Source: Candidatus Poribacteria bacterium
Lineage (GTDB): Bacteria > Poribacteria > WGA-4E > PCPOR2b
NCBI GenBank assembly: GCA_965215015.1
Contig: OZ244042.1
Coordinates: 2,592,001 to 2,656,000 of the forward strand
Direction of reading: 5' to 3'
DNA: 64,000 bases
Shown: in pieces, positions 1 to 10,200 of the stretch
Numbering within the stretch: position 1 is the stretch's first letter
Layout: each line of letters starts with the position of its first letter
The notes under the pieces: generated by a model
The model's database searches: none
What the model was told of the DNA's origin: nothing
Seen by the model: the letters and a program-made list of their open reading frames with translations, nothing else
Program-made: the position numbers and the translations under genes

Positions 1-104
1 ATGTAGGCAAACAATTCGTTCAGCGGCATGGCTCCGAATCTTTATACCATGTTGCTAAGCTGCACTTTCGGACAACGATGGACATTTTAGGAAGTGAGAA
101 GTAA
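1..104 (+). CDS. rnhC: 3' end of ribonuclease HIII (partial, runs off window)
   Basis: Frame from nt 3 reads VGKQFVQRHGSESLYHVAKLHFRTTMDILGSEK*; 'VAKLHF.TT' is the RNase HIII C-terminal motif. Confidence 0.7.
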   Translation, partial: VGKQFVQRHGSESLYHVAKLHFRTTMDILGSEK

Positions 105-136
105 ACCCAAAGTACAATAGAATGGAGGAGAATTAT

Positions 137-275
137 CAGAATCTTCCGCTCTAAAATCCCGTCTTTTCAGGTGGGGATACAGATTGGCAAAGGGTATTCA
201 GTCAAACAACGGTTGAAGTTGTCTGAGGCTAATAATCGCAAAATAGAGTATACCTGTTTTGTCTTTCCTAAGAGA
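137..275 (+). mobile_element. Orphan IS200/IS605-family left end
   Basis: TTAT|CAGAATCTTCCGCTCTAAAATCCCGTCTTTTCAGGTGGGG plus about 100 nt homologous to 3070-3202 (reverse complement) and 14655-14724. Confidence 0.6.
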
Positions 276-323
276 CTCTATCGCACGATAGGGTCTCTCA
301 CCGCTGAAGGTAAGAAGTGCGGT

Positions 324-1243
324 CGTGCCCCACCCCTAAGATAAGAACCTACCCCCCCTAGCCCCCCCGCAAGCAGGGGGGAAGACGTGCAATGAATTGC
401 ACTACTACAAACAGGAGGAAAAGGAGGCGTGCCCCCACCGTTAAGATAAGAACCCCCCTAGCCTCCCGCAAGCAGGGGTAATTTGTTGGTGGGGGACAAT
501 CCGTGGAGGGTGTTATCGCTCTAGTAACTAGTAAGATGGGTTCGGCTTGTGGTTTTGTGAATGAGGTGCTGAATCTTCGGAGCAGGATATGGCAGTGTCC
601 GAACGGCGATACAGGGTTAGATAGTAGAGATTGCACCGCCGGGGGGAAAGCCCCCTAACCCCAAATACCCATACGGTATCTCTTCCCCCTGCTTGCGGGA
701 GATTGAGGGGGTTAGGCTCAATGATCCAGGAGCTGACGGACAACCCACCGGGTGTTTATCTGGGGGCAATTTTTCCTTCCCCCTGCTTGCGGGGGGACCG
801 AGGGGGGTTCTTAGTTGAATCTTCGGGGCAGGACATAGCAGTGTCCGAACGGCGCTACAGAGTTAGATAGAGATTGCACCGCCGGGGGAAAGCCCCCCTA
901 ACCCCAAATACCCATACGGTATCTCTTCCCTCTGCTTGGGGGAGATTGAGGGGGTTAGGCTCAATGATCCAGGAGCTGACGGACAACCCACCGGGTGTTT
1001 ATCTGGGGGCAATTTTTCCTTCCTCCTTCTTGGGGGGGATTGATGGGGTTAGGCTCAATGAGCCAGGAGCTGACGGACATCCCGCCGGGTGTTTATCTGG
1101 GGGCAATTTTTCCTTCCTCCTTCTTGGGGGGGATTGATGGGGTTAGGCTCAATGAGCCAGGAGCTGACGGCCCCCCCGCCGGGTGTTTATCTGGGGGCAA
1201 TTTTTCCTTCCCCCTGCTTGCGGGGGGACCGAGGGGGGTTCTT
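324..1243. repeat. Composite G/C-rich repeat array (core CCCCCTGCTTGCGGGGGGAC.GAGGGGGGTT)
   Basis: Two inverted cores at about 352-381 and 453-479; a ~246-bp block duplicated (570-815, 816-1050); a ~94-bp subunit repeated at about 715, 957, 1051 and 1143. Confidence 0.85.
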
Positions 1244-1312
1244 AATGGTAGTGTCCAAGCTGCGATACACATCTTAAAAGTGATATAGAATGAGGGGGCT
1301 TCGACAAGCGTT

Positions 1313-2488
1313 ATGGAAAAGCTATTTCTGGTGCACTATGGCGAGTTGGGGTTAAAAGGCAAGAACCGTTCATTTTTTGAGAAGAAGCTCGTTCAAAATA
1401 TAAAACTGTCATTGAAAGGCATGGGATACGCAGAAGTGCGGCGAATATATGGACGGATTCTGGTGATGTTACGACCGGGAACAGATGTCCCGGCAATCCA
1501 AGAGCGGTTGGGCAAAGTTATGGGGATTGCTCATTTCGAGCTCGCCTTAAGGACAGCACAGACCCTCGATGCCATCCAAGCTGCCGCATTGGAGCTCGTC
1601 AAAGATCGGCAGTTTAAGACACTCAAGGTTGAAACGAAACGAGCGAACAAACGCTTTCCACTCACTTCACCTGAGATTAGTGCGGCGGTGGGCGCGTATC
1701 TACTCAGCGCAACCGGCGCATCAGCGGATATGCACACCCCCAATCTGCGATGCAATATCGAAATTGTTGAAGAGGCAGCGTATATCTATGTCGAAAAGAT
1801 TCGGGGGGTAGGCGGTCTGCCTGTTGGCACCAGCGGGAAGGTCCTCGTCATGCTTTCTGGTGGGATTGATTCGCCGGTTGCGGCTTGGAGGCTGATGAAA
1901 CGTGGTGTCAAAGCACTCTTTGTTCACTTTTACAGCTATCCCTACACGGACAAGGCATCACTTGAAAAGGTGGAGGAAATCGCTGAGATTTTGGCGACCT
2001 GGAATTATCGAACACAGATTTACCTCGTCCCATTTGCCGAGGTGCAGCGGGAAATTGTAACCCAAACCCCGGCCCCGTTTCGGGTCATCCTCTACCGTAG
2101 AATGATGGTACGCATCGCGCAGCAGATTGCAGCGGCTGCAAAAGCGGAGTGCCTTGTCACCGGGGAAAGCCTTGGGCAGGTTGCCTCACAAACGTTGGTC
2201 AACCTTCGCGTGATTGAGGAAGCAGCAGGTATCCCCATTTTGCGCCCCCTAATCGGCGATGATAAAGCAGAGATTATAGAGTTAGCGGAGCAGATCGGCA
2301 CCTTTGAAATTTCGATACTGCCCCATGATGATTGCTGTTCGCTCTTTGTCCCCGACCACCCGGCGACCCACGCATCGCTGGAGGCGGTTCAAGAGGCGGA
2401 GGCAGTCCTGGATGTCAACGCGTCTGTGAAGCGAGCACTGGAATCGGTTAAAAAGAAGGTAGTTGAAACTGCCAATTTTGAGCTCTGA
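1313..2488 (+). CDS. thiI: tRNA 4-thiouridine synthase (THUMP + PP-loop, no rhodanese domain)
   Basis: YGELGLKGKNR, GGLPVG, SGGIDS, TGESLGQVASQT, RPLI and DCCSLF motifs. Confidence 0.95.
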   Translation: MEKLFLVHYGELGLKGKNRSFFEKKLVQNIKLSLKGMGYAEVRRIYGRILVMLRPGTDVPAIQERLGKVMGIAHFELALRTAQTLDAIQAAALELVKDRQFKTLKVETKRANKRFPLTSPEISAAVGAYLLSATGASADMHTPNLRCNIEIVEEAAYIYVEKIRGVGGLPVGTSGKVLVMLSGGIDSPVAAWRLMKRGVKALFVHFYSYPYTDKASLEKVEEIAEILATWNYRTQIYLVPFAEVQREIVTQTPAPFRVILYRRMMVRIAQQIAAAAKAECLVTGESLGQVASQTLVNLRVIEEAAGIPILRPLIGDDKAEIIELAEQIGTFEISILPHDDCCSLFVPDHPATHASLEAVQEAEAVLDVNASVKRALESVKKKVVETANFEL

Positions 2489-2500
2489 CTTTAATTTCTG

Positions 2501-2735
2501 TTAGTCGGTTTCTGTGAGAATCGCTTTCAACGGTTTCGGATAGTTCGTCAAAATCCCATCGACGCCGATTTCGATGTAAACTCGAATCTTCCACCATCTA
2601 GAAGTCGTGCAATGCCTTTGCAACCTTGCGTGCATAGTGCCCGTCTGGCTGGCCTCCTTCCTTGAGGTGGACGTTGAGTCCCACCGTTCCTTGCACGAGG
2701 TCTAACACTTCCTCCCACGTCGGTACATGCTCGAC
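2501..2735 (-). pseudogene. Remnant of glycerophosphodiester phosphodiesterase
   Basis: Minus strand reads EHVPTWEEVLDLVQGTVGLNVHLK...* and, after a gap, IEIGVDGILTNYP; both are GDPD motifs; N-terminus missing. Confidence 0.7.
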
Positions 2736-2771
2736 CCAATGACAGAAATCTTCGCAGATTTCTATCATTGG
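2736..2771. repeat. Near-perfect 16-bp-stem hairpin
   Basis: CCAATGACAGAAATCT-TCGC-AGATTTCTATCATTGG. Confidence 0.75.
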
Positions 2772-2778
2772 TTTGTTA

Positions 2779-3202
2779 TTGACGTACTCCCACCCCTACC
2801 GGTGGGGTAACCGTGGTGAGACGAAAGCCACTGCAACACCCTCCCGTCGGAGTATGGGAAAACCGTTGCGAATTTATACCCCTGCTAACCATTTTCAGCA
2901 GTGCCACCGTCTCTATTTAAATGGGTTGAAACCTCTGGGATTTGTCGGATTGTTAGGGCACGCCCTAACAAGCCTCTGGTTCTGAACCTGAAGGTGATAG
3001 ATCGTTCAACCTAACAGGCGGTTTCAAACATGAATGTTGACAAATCCCACCGATGCTGACATGCTCCCACGAAAGCGAAGAAAAGTATACCCCATTTTGC
3101 GATTGTTAGCCGCCAGACAATTTCAACCGTTGTTTGGCCGAATACCGTTTGCCAATCTGTATTCCCGTCTTAAAAGACGCGGTTTTAGATCGGAAGATTC
3201 TG
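2779..3202 (-). mobile_element. Non-autonomous mini IS200/IS605 element A
   Basis: Left end TTAT|CAGAATC...AAAA-CCGCGTCTTTTAAGACGGG hairpin; right end CCCCACCGGTAGGGGTGGGAGTACGTCAA ending in TCAA; possible degenerate tnpB 'HLNRD' trace. Confidence 0.65.
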
Positions 3203-3317
3203 ATAAGAGTACAGGCTACAGTGGTCAGGTACGCAATCAAGATAAGTCGTAGGACAAGCCAATCCCCCACGTCAAGGCAAAGTTGGCTGGACACCGATTG
3301 ACGCGGAAGGAGACTTT

Positions 3318-4343
3318 ATGGATGAAGTACGTCTAAAAACAATTTTGGAAGGGTTTCGGGAACGAAAGATTCTGGTTGTCGGGGATTTCTACCTTGACGC
3401 ATACTGGCTGGTCGATAAAACGAAATCCACCCTGTCCCTAGAAACCCCTTGGCATACAAATCCCGTCATAGATCAACGCTACAACCCCGGTGCTGCGGGG
3501 ACTGTTACTAACAACCTCACTGCCCTAGAGGTCGGAGAAGTTTACACACTAGGTGTTATCGGTAAGGACGGGTTTGGCAACACCTTGCTCGATCGCTTAA
3601 AAGCTAACGGTTGCATTACAGATTTCATGATTACCGCCCCGGATCGAGTTACCCCGACCTATCTCAAACCCATCCACCGCGGATATGAAGGGATTGAAAC
3701 AGAAGGGCCCCGATTTGATATCGAGAACCCATCCATGGTGCGATCTGAGGTGGAGGATAGGGTGCTCCATGCCTTGCGCCGGTGTGTGTTGCAGGTGGAA
3801 GGGGTCATTGTTGGAGATCAGATGCCGCACGACAATCGAGGCGTTATCACCGATCGGGTTCGGACAGAAATCTGCCGACTTGCCGTGGAGTTTCCCGACA
3901 AACTCTTTTTTGCAGATTCGCGTACACGGATTGGAGAGTACCATCACGTCATTATCAAGCCGAACCGATTTGAGGCGAAACGCGCAATCGATCCGGATTG
4001 GACTGGAGGAGAGGTCGATCTGGAGGAGGCAAAGCGATGTGGGCGGATCTTAACAGACCGGACAGAGAAGCCACTTTTTGTAACCGTTGGTTCGGAGGGT
4101 ATCTTGGTGTTCTGTGCTGGACGGGTTGAGCAGGTACCGGGCATCCCGCTTGAGACGGAGATCGATCCGGTGGGAGCGGGGGACAGCGTTTCTGCTGCAA
4201 TTGTTGCGACACTCTGTGGTGGCTCTGATTACCTTGAAGCGGCACAGGTTGGAAACCTGGTCGCATCGGTTACCGTTACTAAAATGGGAACAACCGGCAC
4301 CGCTTCACACGCAGAGGTGATTAATAGATTCGGAGAGATCTGA
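3318..4343 (+). CDS. PfkB-family carbohydrate kinase (HldE/RfaE kinase-domain-like)
   Basis: [22 protein letters not shown] and DPVGAGD motifs. Confidence 0.85.
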   Translation: MDEVRLKTILEGFRERKILVVGDFYLDAYWLVDKTKSTLSLETPWHTNPVIDQRYNPGAAGTVTNNLTALEVGEVYTLGVIGKDGFGNTLLDRLKANGCITDFMITAPDRVTPTYLKPIHRGYEGIETEGPRFDIENPSMVRSEVEDRVLHALRRCVLQVEGVIVGDQMPHDNRGVITDRVRTEICRLAVEFPDKLFFADSRTRIGEYHHVIIKPNRFEAKRAIDPDWTGGEVDLEEAKRCGRILTDRTEKPLFVTVGSEGILVFCAGRVEQVPGIPLETEIDPVGAGDSVSAAIVATLCGGSDYLEAAQVGNLVASVTVTKMGTTGTASHAEVINRFGEI

Positions 4344-4349
4344 TTCTAT

Positions 4350-4790
4350 CCCGCGCTCGACCGTGGGGACGATGACCGATCTCTACGATTATATGCGGAT
4401 GCTATTTGCCACGATCGGGGTATCCCACTGTCCCTATTGTGGCGTCAAAGTCCCCACCCGAACCCCCTCTACCAACTGATGGAACATATACTCTCATTGC
4501 CTGAAGGGACTGAAGTCGTAATCTACGCGCCGGTCTTCAAGATTTACGGTGAAGATTATCCCTACCTCCTTGATGACGTCCGTCTGAAGGGGGGGGCACC
4601 GGGTTCGGATTAATGGTGATTTGCACTATCTCAGCGAAGATATTGAGCGAGATGAACGGGGGAGTGCAACATTCAAGCCATCATTGACAGGTTCGCTATC
4701 AAGCCAGATATTAACAAACAGATCCTCGCCGCCCTCGATCACGCCATGCTGGTTGGTGAAGGATTTATGAGTTTCCGTCTAGGCGAGCAT
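4350..4790 (+). pseudogene. uvrA: Frameshifted internal fragment of a uvrA-like gene
   Basis: Reads [31 protein letters not shown]...ILSLPEGTEVVIYAPV; this is the UvrA Zn-finger/insertion region, with no start and several frameshifts. Confidence 0.75.
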
Positions 4791-4808
4791 GGACAAAATG
4801 GGAAGGGT

Positions 4809-6179
4809 TCACTCAAACGTGCGGTAATTCAGAAACGTTTTATCATTTTTCCGAATTACGACATCTTTCAACGTATCTGTTTTAACTCGTCGGTCGGTGC
4901 GGTCGGAGAATGCAAGCGTAATATTATGCGTACCCGCTGGTAAGCGCATCCGCACAAGAAAGATCTGATTCGGCAGGGTTTGCCATGAACGGGTGTCCGC
5001 ACTCTCGGTAGCAACATTCAGTAAGTTGACGAGCCGCCCGACTACTTCTCCCTCCTGATTGGCACGACGGAAACCGAGATATTTTAATACCCCGCGCACA
5101 ACCGTGCGGAGCATAATGGTCGGCAGCTCTGATTCAAACGTTTTTATCGCTGCAGCTTCGATATCCTCAACTAAGACCCCCGCGGCGTGTCCATACGCTG
5201 TGTTTGTGTCAATGCCAATGAGCCTTGGTCGATTTGAACGGTAGGTGGGAATTGCGACACGCAAGAGATATTCCACTTCGACTTTTCTATACTGCTGGTT
5301 TCGTCTGCGTACCAGCTGGCGTGCATATTCCCGAACCCTTTTTTCGTCTCCAGCGTCGTCGTCTTGGACAATAGGGTCGGACTTGAGAATTGGGAAAACT
5401 AAGTTCTCCTCAATTTTTGGGGGTACGAATCCCGTTTCGTAGAGCAGGATGAGCTCACCTGAATTGGGAGCACCTTCGGGGGGGACACCGTAGGTTGCCG
5501 CGTATTTCTCAAATTCTTCTTGAAAGCCTAACCGCCCCGCGAGACGCACCAGAGACTCCCCGACATCCTGTGGAAAAGGGAGCCCCAGTGCCCCTTCGTA
5601 CTGTTTATATGCCCTTTCTGCCCAGCGATAGGCGATGAACGCATCGTTCCAATCCCCCGCCCACTCGTAGAGGATAGCCGACAGATAGGCAATGAAAGCG
5701 GCACCGACAAATTCGTAATTTTCATCGGCATCGGCATAGAACTGAAGCAATCTGCCCGCTTTTCGACATTCAACGAGTGCGTCGTCTGGCATGTTCAAAT
5801 AGACGTAATTGAATGCGCGATAGTAATGAATAAGCAGCCGCTCATACTGGCTCCCAGCGTATGAGCGGAAATTGTCTGAAGTGAGCAATGAGACAGCTTC
5901 CCGCGAGATACTTTTGGTATACAAGTCATCCGAGGTAATCTCAGCAAGCTCAAAGGTGCGATTGCTCTCATCGAACCGGGCACCGTAGTGGGCGATGAGC
6001 CCACGTTCAAAAAGATATGGTAACTTGGCTTCTCTCTTACCGCCTGCATCCAGTTCTATCAATGCTCCATCAAAATCGCCCTGTTCAAAAGCGATTTGCA
6101 CCTCCTCCATGCTGTAAGGGCTACACCCAAAACTCAGGTATAGCAACCCCAAGAGCGGAAGGATTTTCACGATTTGCAT
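4809..6179 (-). CDS. COG3014-like TPR lipoprotein
   Basis: Lipobox-like LSFGC; 'Y.G..YE', 'ALVE.R' and 'ADTRSWQTLP' motifs; adjacent to lpoB as usual for this family. Confidence 0.75.
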   Translation of the reverse strand: MQIVKILPLLGLLYLSFGCSPYSMEEVQIAFEQGDFDGALIELDAGGKREAKLPYLFERGLIAHYGARFDESNRTFELAEITSDDLYTKSISREAVSLLTSDNFRSYAGSQYERLLIHYYRAFNYVYLNMPDDALVECRKAGRLLQFYADADENYEFVGAAFIAYLSAILYEWAGDWNDAFIAYRWAERAYKQYEGALGLPFPQDVGESLVRLAGRLGFQEEFEKYAATYGVPPEGAPNSGELILLYETGFVPPKIEENLVFPILKSDPIVQDDDAGDEKRVREYARQLVRRRNQQYRKVEVEYLLRVAIPTYRSNRPRLIGIDTNTAYGHAAGVLVEDIEAAAIKTFESELPTIMLRTVVRGVLKYLGFRRANQEGEVVGRLVNLLNVATESADTRSWQTLPNQIFLVRMRLPAGTHNITLAFSDRTDRRVKTDTLKDVVIRKNDKTFLNYRTFE

Positions 6180-6191
6180 AGCTCGGTCTTT

Positions 6192-6797
6192 CTAAAAAGT
6201 TGCTCGCTTTCGCTCGATGAATTTTTTAATTTTCTTTTGACCAAGCCATACTTTTTCATTGGTTTCAATATTGGTCAAGGTCAGGTCGGTTTGATAAAAT
6301 GTGACCTGTTTCCCCCCTTCACGGTCTTCAATCGTGTTGATCTGCCCGGTCATCATGTAGTCTGCGCCCAACTCTTTTCCCATTGCCTTAACCGTTTCGA
6401 GACTGGCAAACTTGCCCTGGTCTCCTTTCTCATCACGTAGTTCCCCCCGCTCGATGGCACTGGCGACAACGGACACCAAACCGGAGTTGATGAACGCCCG
6501 TTCAATATCGCTGACAAATGTAGGAATTGCGATATGCTCCGTACTGCGGTTGCGGATCGCGCCAACAATGACAATCGGCCGCTTGCCTTGGGTGCCAACC
6601 GTGTGCCGTGAGATCCACGGGTGATTGAGACAATCCGCAATCATTGCCTCGGAAACTTGACGTGAATCGGTGTCATTCCATCTGCCTGACAGGTCAATAG
6701 TTGTGTCGGCTTCGATGCGCTCGACTGTTTTTGTTGAGCCGCATCCTGCAAGGATGATGAACAGAATGCAACTGATTGAGATGATTACCTGTTTCAT
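6192..6797 (-). CDS. lpoB: Penicillin-binding protein activator LpoB-family lipoprotein
   Basis: LAGC lipobox; DLSGRWNDTD, N(R)STEHI, GADYMMTG and WLGQKKIKK motifs. Confidence 0.8.
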   Translation of the reverse strand: MKQVIISISCILFIILAGCGSTKTVERIEADTTIDLSGRWNDTDSRQVSEAMIADCLNHPWISRHTVGTQGKRPIVIVGAIRNRSTEHIAIPTFVSDIERAFINSGLVSVVASAIERGELRDEKGDQGKFASLETVKAMGKELGADYMMTGQINTIEDREGGKQVTFYQTDLTLTNIETNEKVWLGQKKIKKFIERKRATF

Positions 6798-7160
6798 GAG
6801 TCCTCCTCATTTTTGAGAGTGTATAGGTTCTGTTGACATTTCAACGCAGTCAGATAAAATCTGACACGAATTGTTACTAAACGCAATTTACATAGTACAT
6901 TGAGCATAAGCAATTTAGTTACTACAGTTATCTCGAATTATACAACATACCGAATTTTTTGGCAAACACTTTTTCAAGTTGACCTTGTGTATGTTTTTGA
7001 CAGGGCTATGATTTCAAAAGCAACTTCATAATTACAAAGCCGTTGTCGAAACTCTGGCCCCCCGTCGTCGCAAAATAGATCAATAAAGTGAGTTGATTTT
7101 CCAAAATTGACAGCAGGAGTCGAGATCTGAATCTCGACCAACGGGGTTTATCATTCGTAC

Positions 7161-7207
7161 AAAAAAAAGCTGCTAAATGCCTCGTTGCGAGGAGGCATTT
7201 AGCAGCT
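7161..7207 (-). terminator. Rho-independent terminator of the giant protein gene
   Basis: 16-bp stem AGCTGCTAAATGCCTC/GAGGCATTTAGCAGCT followed by a T-tract on the minus strand, 36 nt after the stop codon. Confidence 0.9.
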
Positions 7208-7243
7208 ATGTTAAGTGAATGTATAGTAAGTATAGTGTGGACG

Positions 7244-10200
7244 CTACTTCAGAATCAGCATCTTACGGGTTGCAGAGAAGTCTCCTGCACTCAGGCTGTA
7301 GAAGTAGATGCCACTGGCTACCTGTTCACCGAAACGGTTTCGGCCGTCCCAGTAGATGGCTTTGGCTCTCGACTCATACACCGCCGCTGTCTGATGCCCC
7401 ATATCGAGGGTTCGCACCACGAGACCGGTGCTATCGTAGATGGTCAAGACGACCTCCGCATCTGATGCCAACCGATACGGTATCCACGTTTCGGGGTTGA
7501 ACGGATTGGGATAGTTCCGAAGTAGCTCCGTCTCTGACGGAATCTCATAGGCGATGAGGTCTGCCAACTCAATCCGAGTGGCTTTCACATCGTCAATGGT
7601 AACGATATGACGCACCGGCTGGACACCGATTAACGGACTCGGTGAATCTGCCGAAATCTCCAGCACATCCCCAACCTGTGCCGCATGACCCACCTTCAGG
7701 TCAACAAAGGTCATGTTGTAACCTGTTGTTGTCTCTGCGGAGGTCACCCGGTTGAGTGCGGCTTTGGTGGACAGGTTCTTCACCTTGACCCGGAATCCGT
7801 CCTGCACCACTCCGGTGGTCTCATCAACGACCGAACCGTTGACATCAAGGACGGGGGTTTGACCGGCAACCTGATGGCTAACCAACGCGATAGGTGCAGC
7901 CGCCGCAGTGTCGTGGCTCCAACCGGTTCCGATAAGTGCAGCGGTTGCATCGGTGGTCGCTGTGACTAGATAGGCAGCATCCCCCATGACCGGTCCATCA
8001 TTTACATCCTCGGCCAGTCCATCATTTATATCTGCTGCCGCTGCAACGGACCTGTATCCATCCGCCGTTGAAACAACGAGACTGATGACAACGCCGCGAG
8101 CAAATAGCGAGGCAATGTCGCTGACATTGGTCACTCTCGCATCGTTAACGGGTAGACCGATGAGGTTAGAACCGGCTGTTAGATTGATGGTTGATGCGCC
8201 GTCGTCCCATGCATACCCGGTGAAAGTCACCGTCGCTTCAGCACTCATGGAAAGGAGGATACCCAGGTCTGCGGTAATCGGTACATCGTCGCTGCGACTA
8301 TTCCATAAATCGGTCGCCCTATCATAGACAATGAGCAGATTGGCGTTGCTGCCAAGCATCTCGCGGAGGTCGCCTACCGTGTCGAGCCCCTCAACTGCCA
8401 ACGGGACGTGGAACAGACTGATCCCTGCCGGTATCTGCGAGGTATAGGACAGTTTGTTATCCAACGTAACCATCGCCGTGCCGCTGCCGCTGTTGCCTGC
8501 GGCGTCGATCGCGGTTATGGTGATGGTTTTGGCCCCGTTGAGGGCTGTGTTAGCTTCACTGACAACGACTGAGGCACTATACGAACCATCGGCCCCCATC
8601 GTCAGAGCGACCGCATCGGTTTGGGTGGTATCTAACATGGAGACATCCGCCATCACGGAGGTGATGCTGCTCGCGTCGGAGACGGTCGCAGAGATTTCCA
8701 CCGACTCACCGTCGGCAACGGTCTCAGGAGACGCCATCGCCATCACGGTCGGCATCGTGCTGTCAAGTGTCAACGCATTGGACACCATCACACTTTGACC
8801 ATTCAGACTGACAGACACATCATACATACCATCGGGGTGCTGAACGACATCGGCGTGCTGATCAGCCACGACGGTAAACGACCCACTGTAGGCACCGCTC
8901 GATACTTCTGCCATCGAGTGGTCGGTGACAATCGACCCGACGGAGAACATCACGGTTCGACCGGCTGTGCCCATCGCACTGACGGTGACCGTATCCCCCG
9001 CCCTCGCGAGTGCAGGTTCAATCGTGACGCTGCCTTCGGTAATGGCTACCACAGAGGTGGTGACCGTGACCGGATGGCTCGCCATCGTCAGACCGGGTGC
9101 TGTCGCGGTAATCGTTGCCATCCCGGGTGTCGCATCTTGATAGTAGACCATCGCTGAGACCTCGCCGCCTGCAACGGTTACGGTGATGCTCTCGGTTCCC
9201 GTCCCCTCAGCGAGCTCAGAGAACGTGCCTGCGGAGCTGGAGGTCAGGGTGACCGACACATCGGACCCCATCGCTACCTCATGCCCCTCGGCATCTCTCA
9301 ATCCGACGGTGATACCTAACGGCATCGCCCCCTCGTCGGCAGAAACCGTGCCGGCACTGCTCAGTGTGAGTTGGCTCGGCGTCGAATCTTGGACGCGCAC
9401 CGACACGTTGGAAGCTACCTGTCGACCATCAAACAGCATGGCGAATTGAGAGACCTCACGGTTGGCAGGGGCGTCGGCATTTTGGTAGGTGAAGATAATT
9501 TCATCACCCGCTTCGACCTCAAGCCCACCTAATTTCACACGCGCCACCATGTCTCGACCGACCGGTGTCAGTTTCTCGACACTCACCGTCGTCGCAACCC
9601 CCATATGCCGGTGCACCACGGTGTAGGTTCCCTTATTTTCAGGGTCCATCGCCGCACTGCTCGGTGTAGTCCAACCGGGGGGCACCTGCACCCGGAATTC
9701 CCGTGGCGCGTTGACGCGGCCGACAGCAGTGTAGGTAAAGGTCAGGTTCACCCCTGTCGCCCCGGCGTCTACAATCCGCGGTGCGACCTCACCCGAACCG
9801 GCACCCTGTCTCGCCTCCTCGACGTCGACGGTCAGCATCGTCTCATCGCCGGAGACAGGGTCAAACCTATCGGCTGCATCGCCCCCGTGCACTCCAACCG
9901 CAAAGGCGACATCGGTGTCCACGTTGGGCTGCACATCACCGGTATAGACAAAGGTCACCGTCCCGTTGGCACTCAAGTTGACGCCTTCGACGATAGCCAT
10001 TTGACCACTAAAGGTGGGGGGGATTGCGGGTGTAATTTCCACCGTATCCGCCGTCGGTGCAGACCAACCGGCGGGGACCTCGAGCCGCACCTTGCCACCG
10101 ACCATTTGACCGGCTGCCGTGTAGGTGACGGTCAGCTCCCTGCCGGTATCACCGGTATGAAGCGACCCCTCCCCATCGGTCACGGCAATGACGGCTTTGC

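Noticed and set aside
570-1243. CRISPR array
   Set aside because: The linkers between cores are repeated, not unique; cores occur in both orientations; no cas genes in the window.
358-1288. Short ORFs (358-636, 631-870, 874-1137, 995-1288 and others)
   Set aside because: They are translations of the repeat array (Pro/Gly-rich), with no RBS or domain signal.
3034-3252. 72-aa ORF as a transposase
   Set aside because: It reads through the IS left-end hairpin and has no HUH or RuvC motif.
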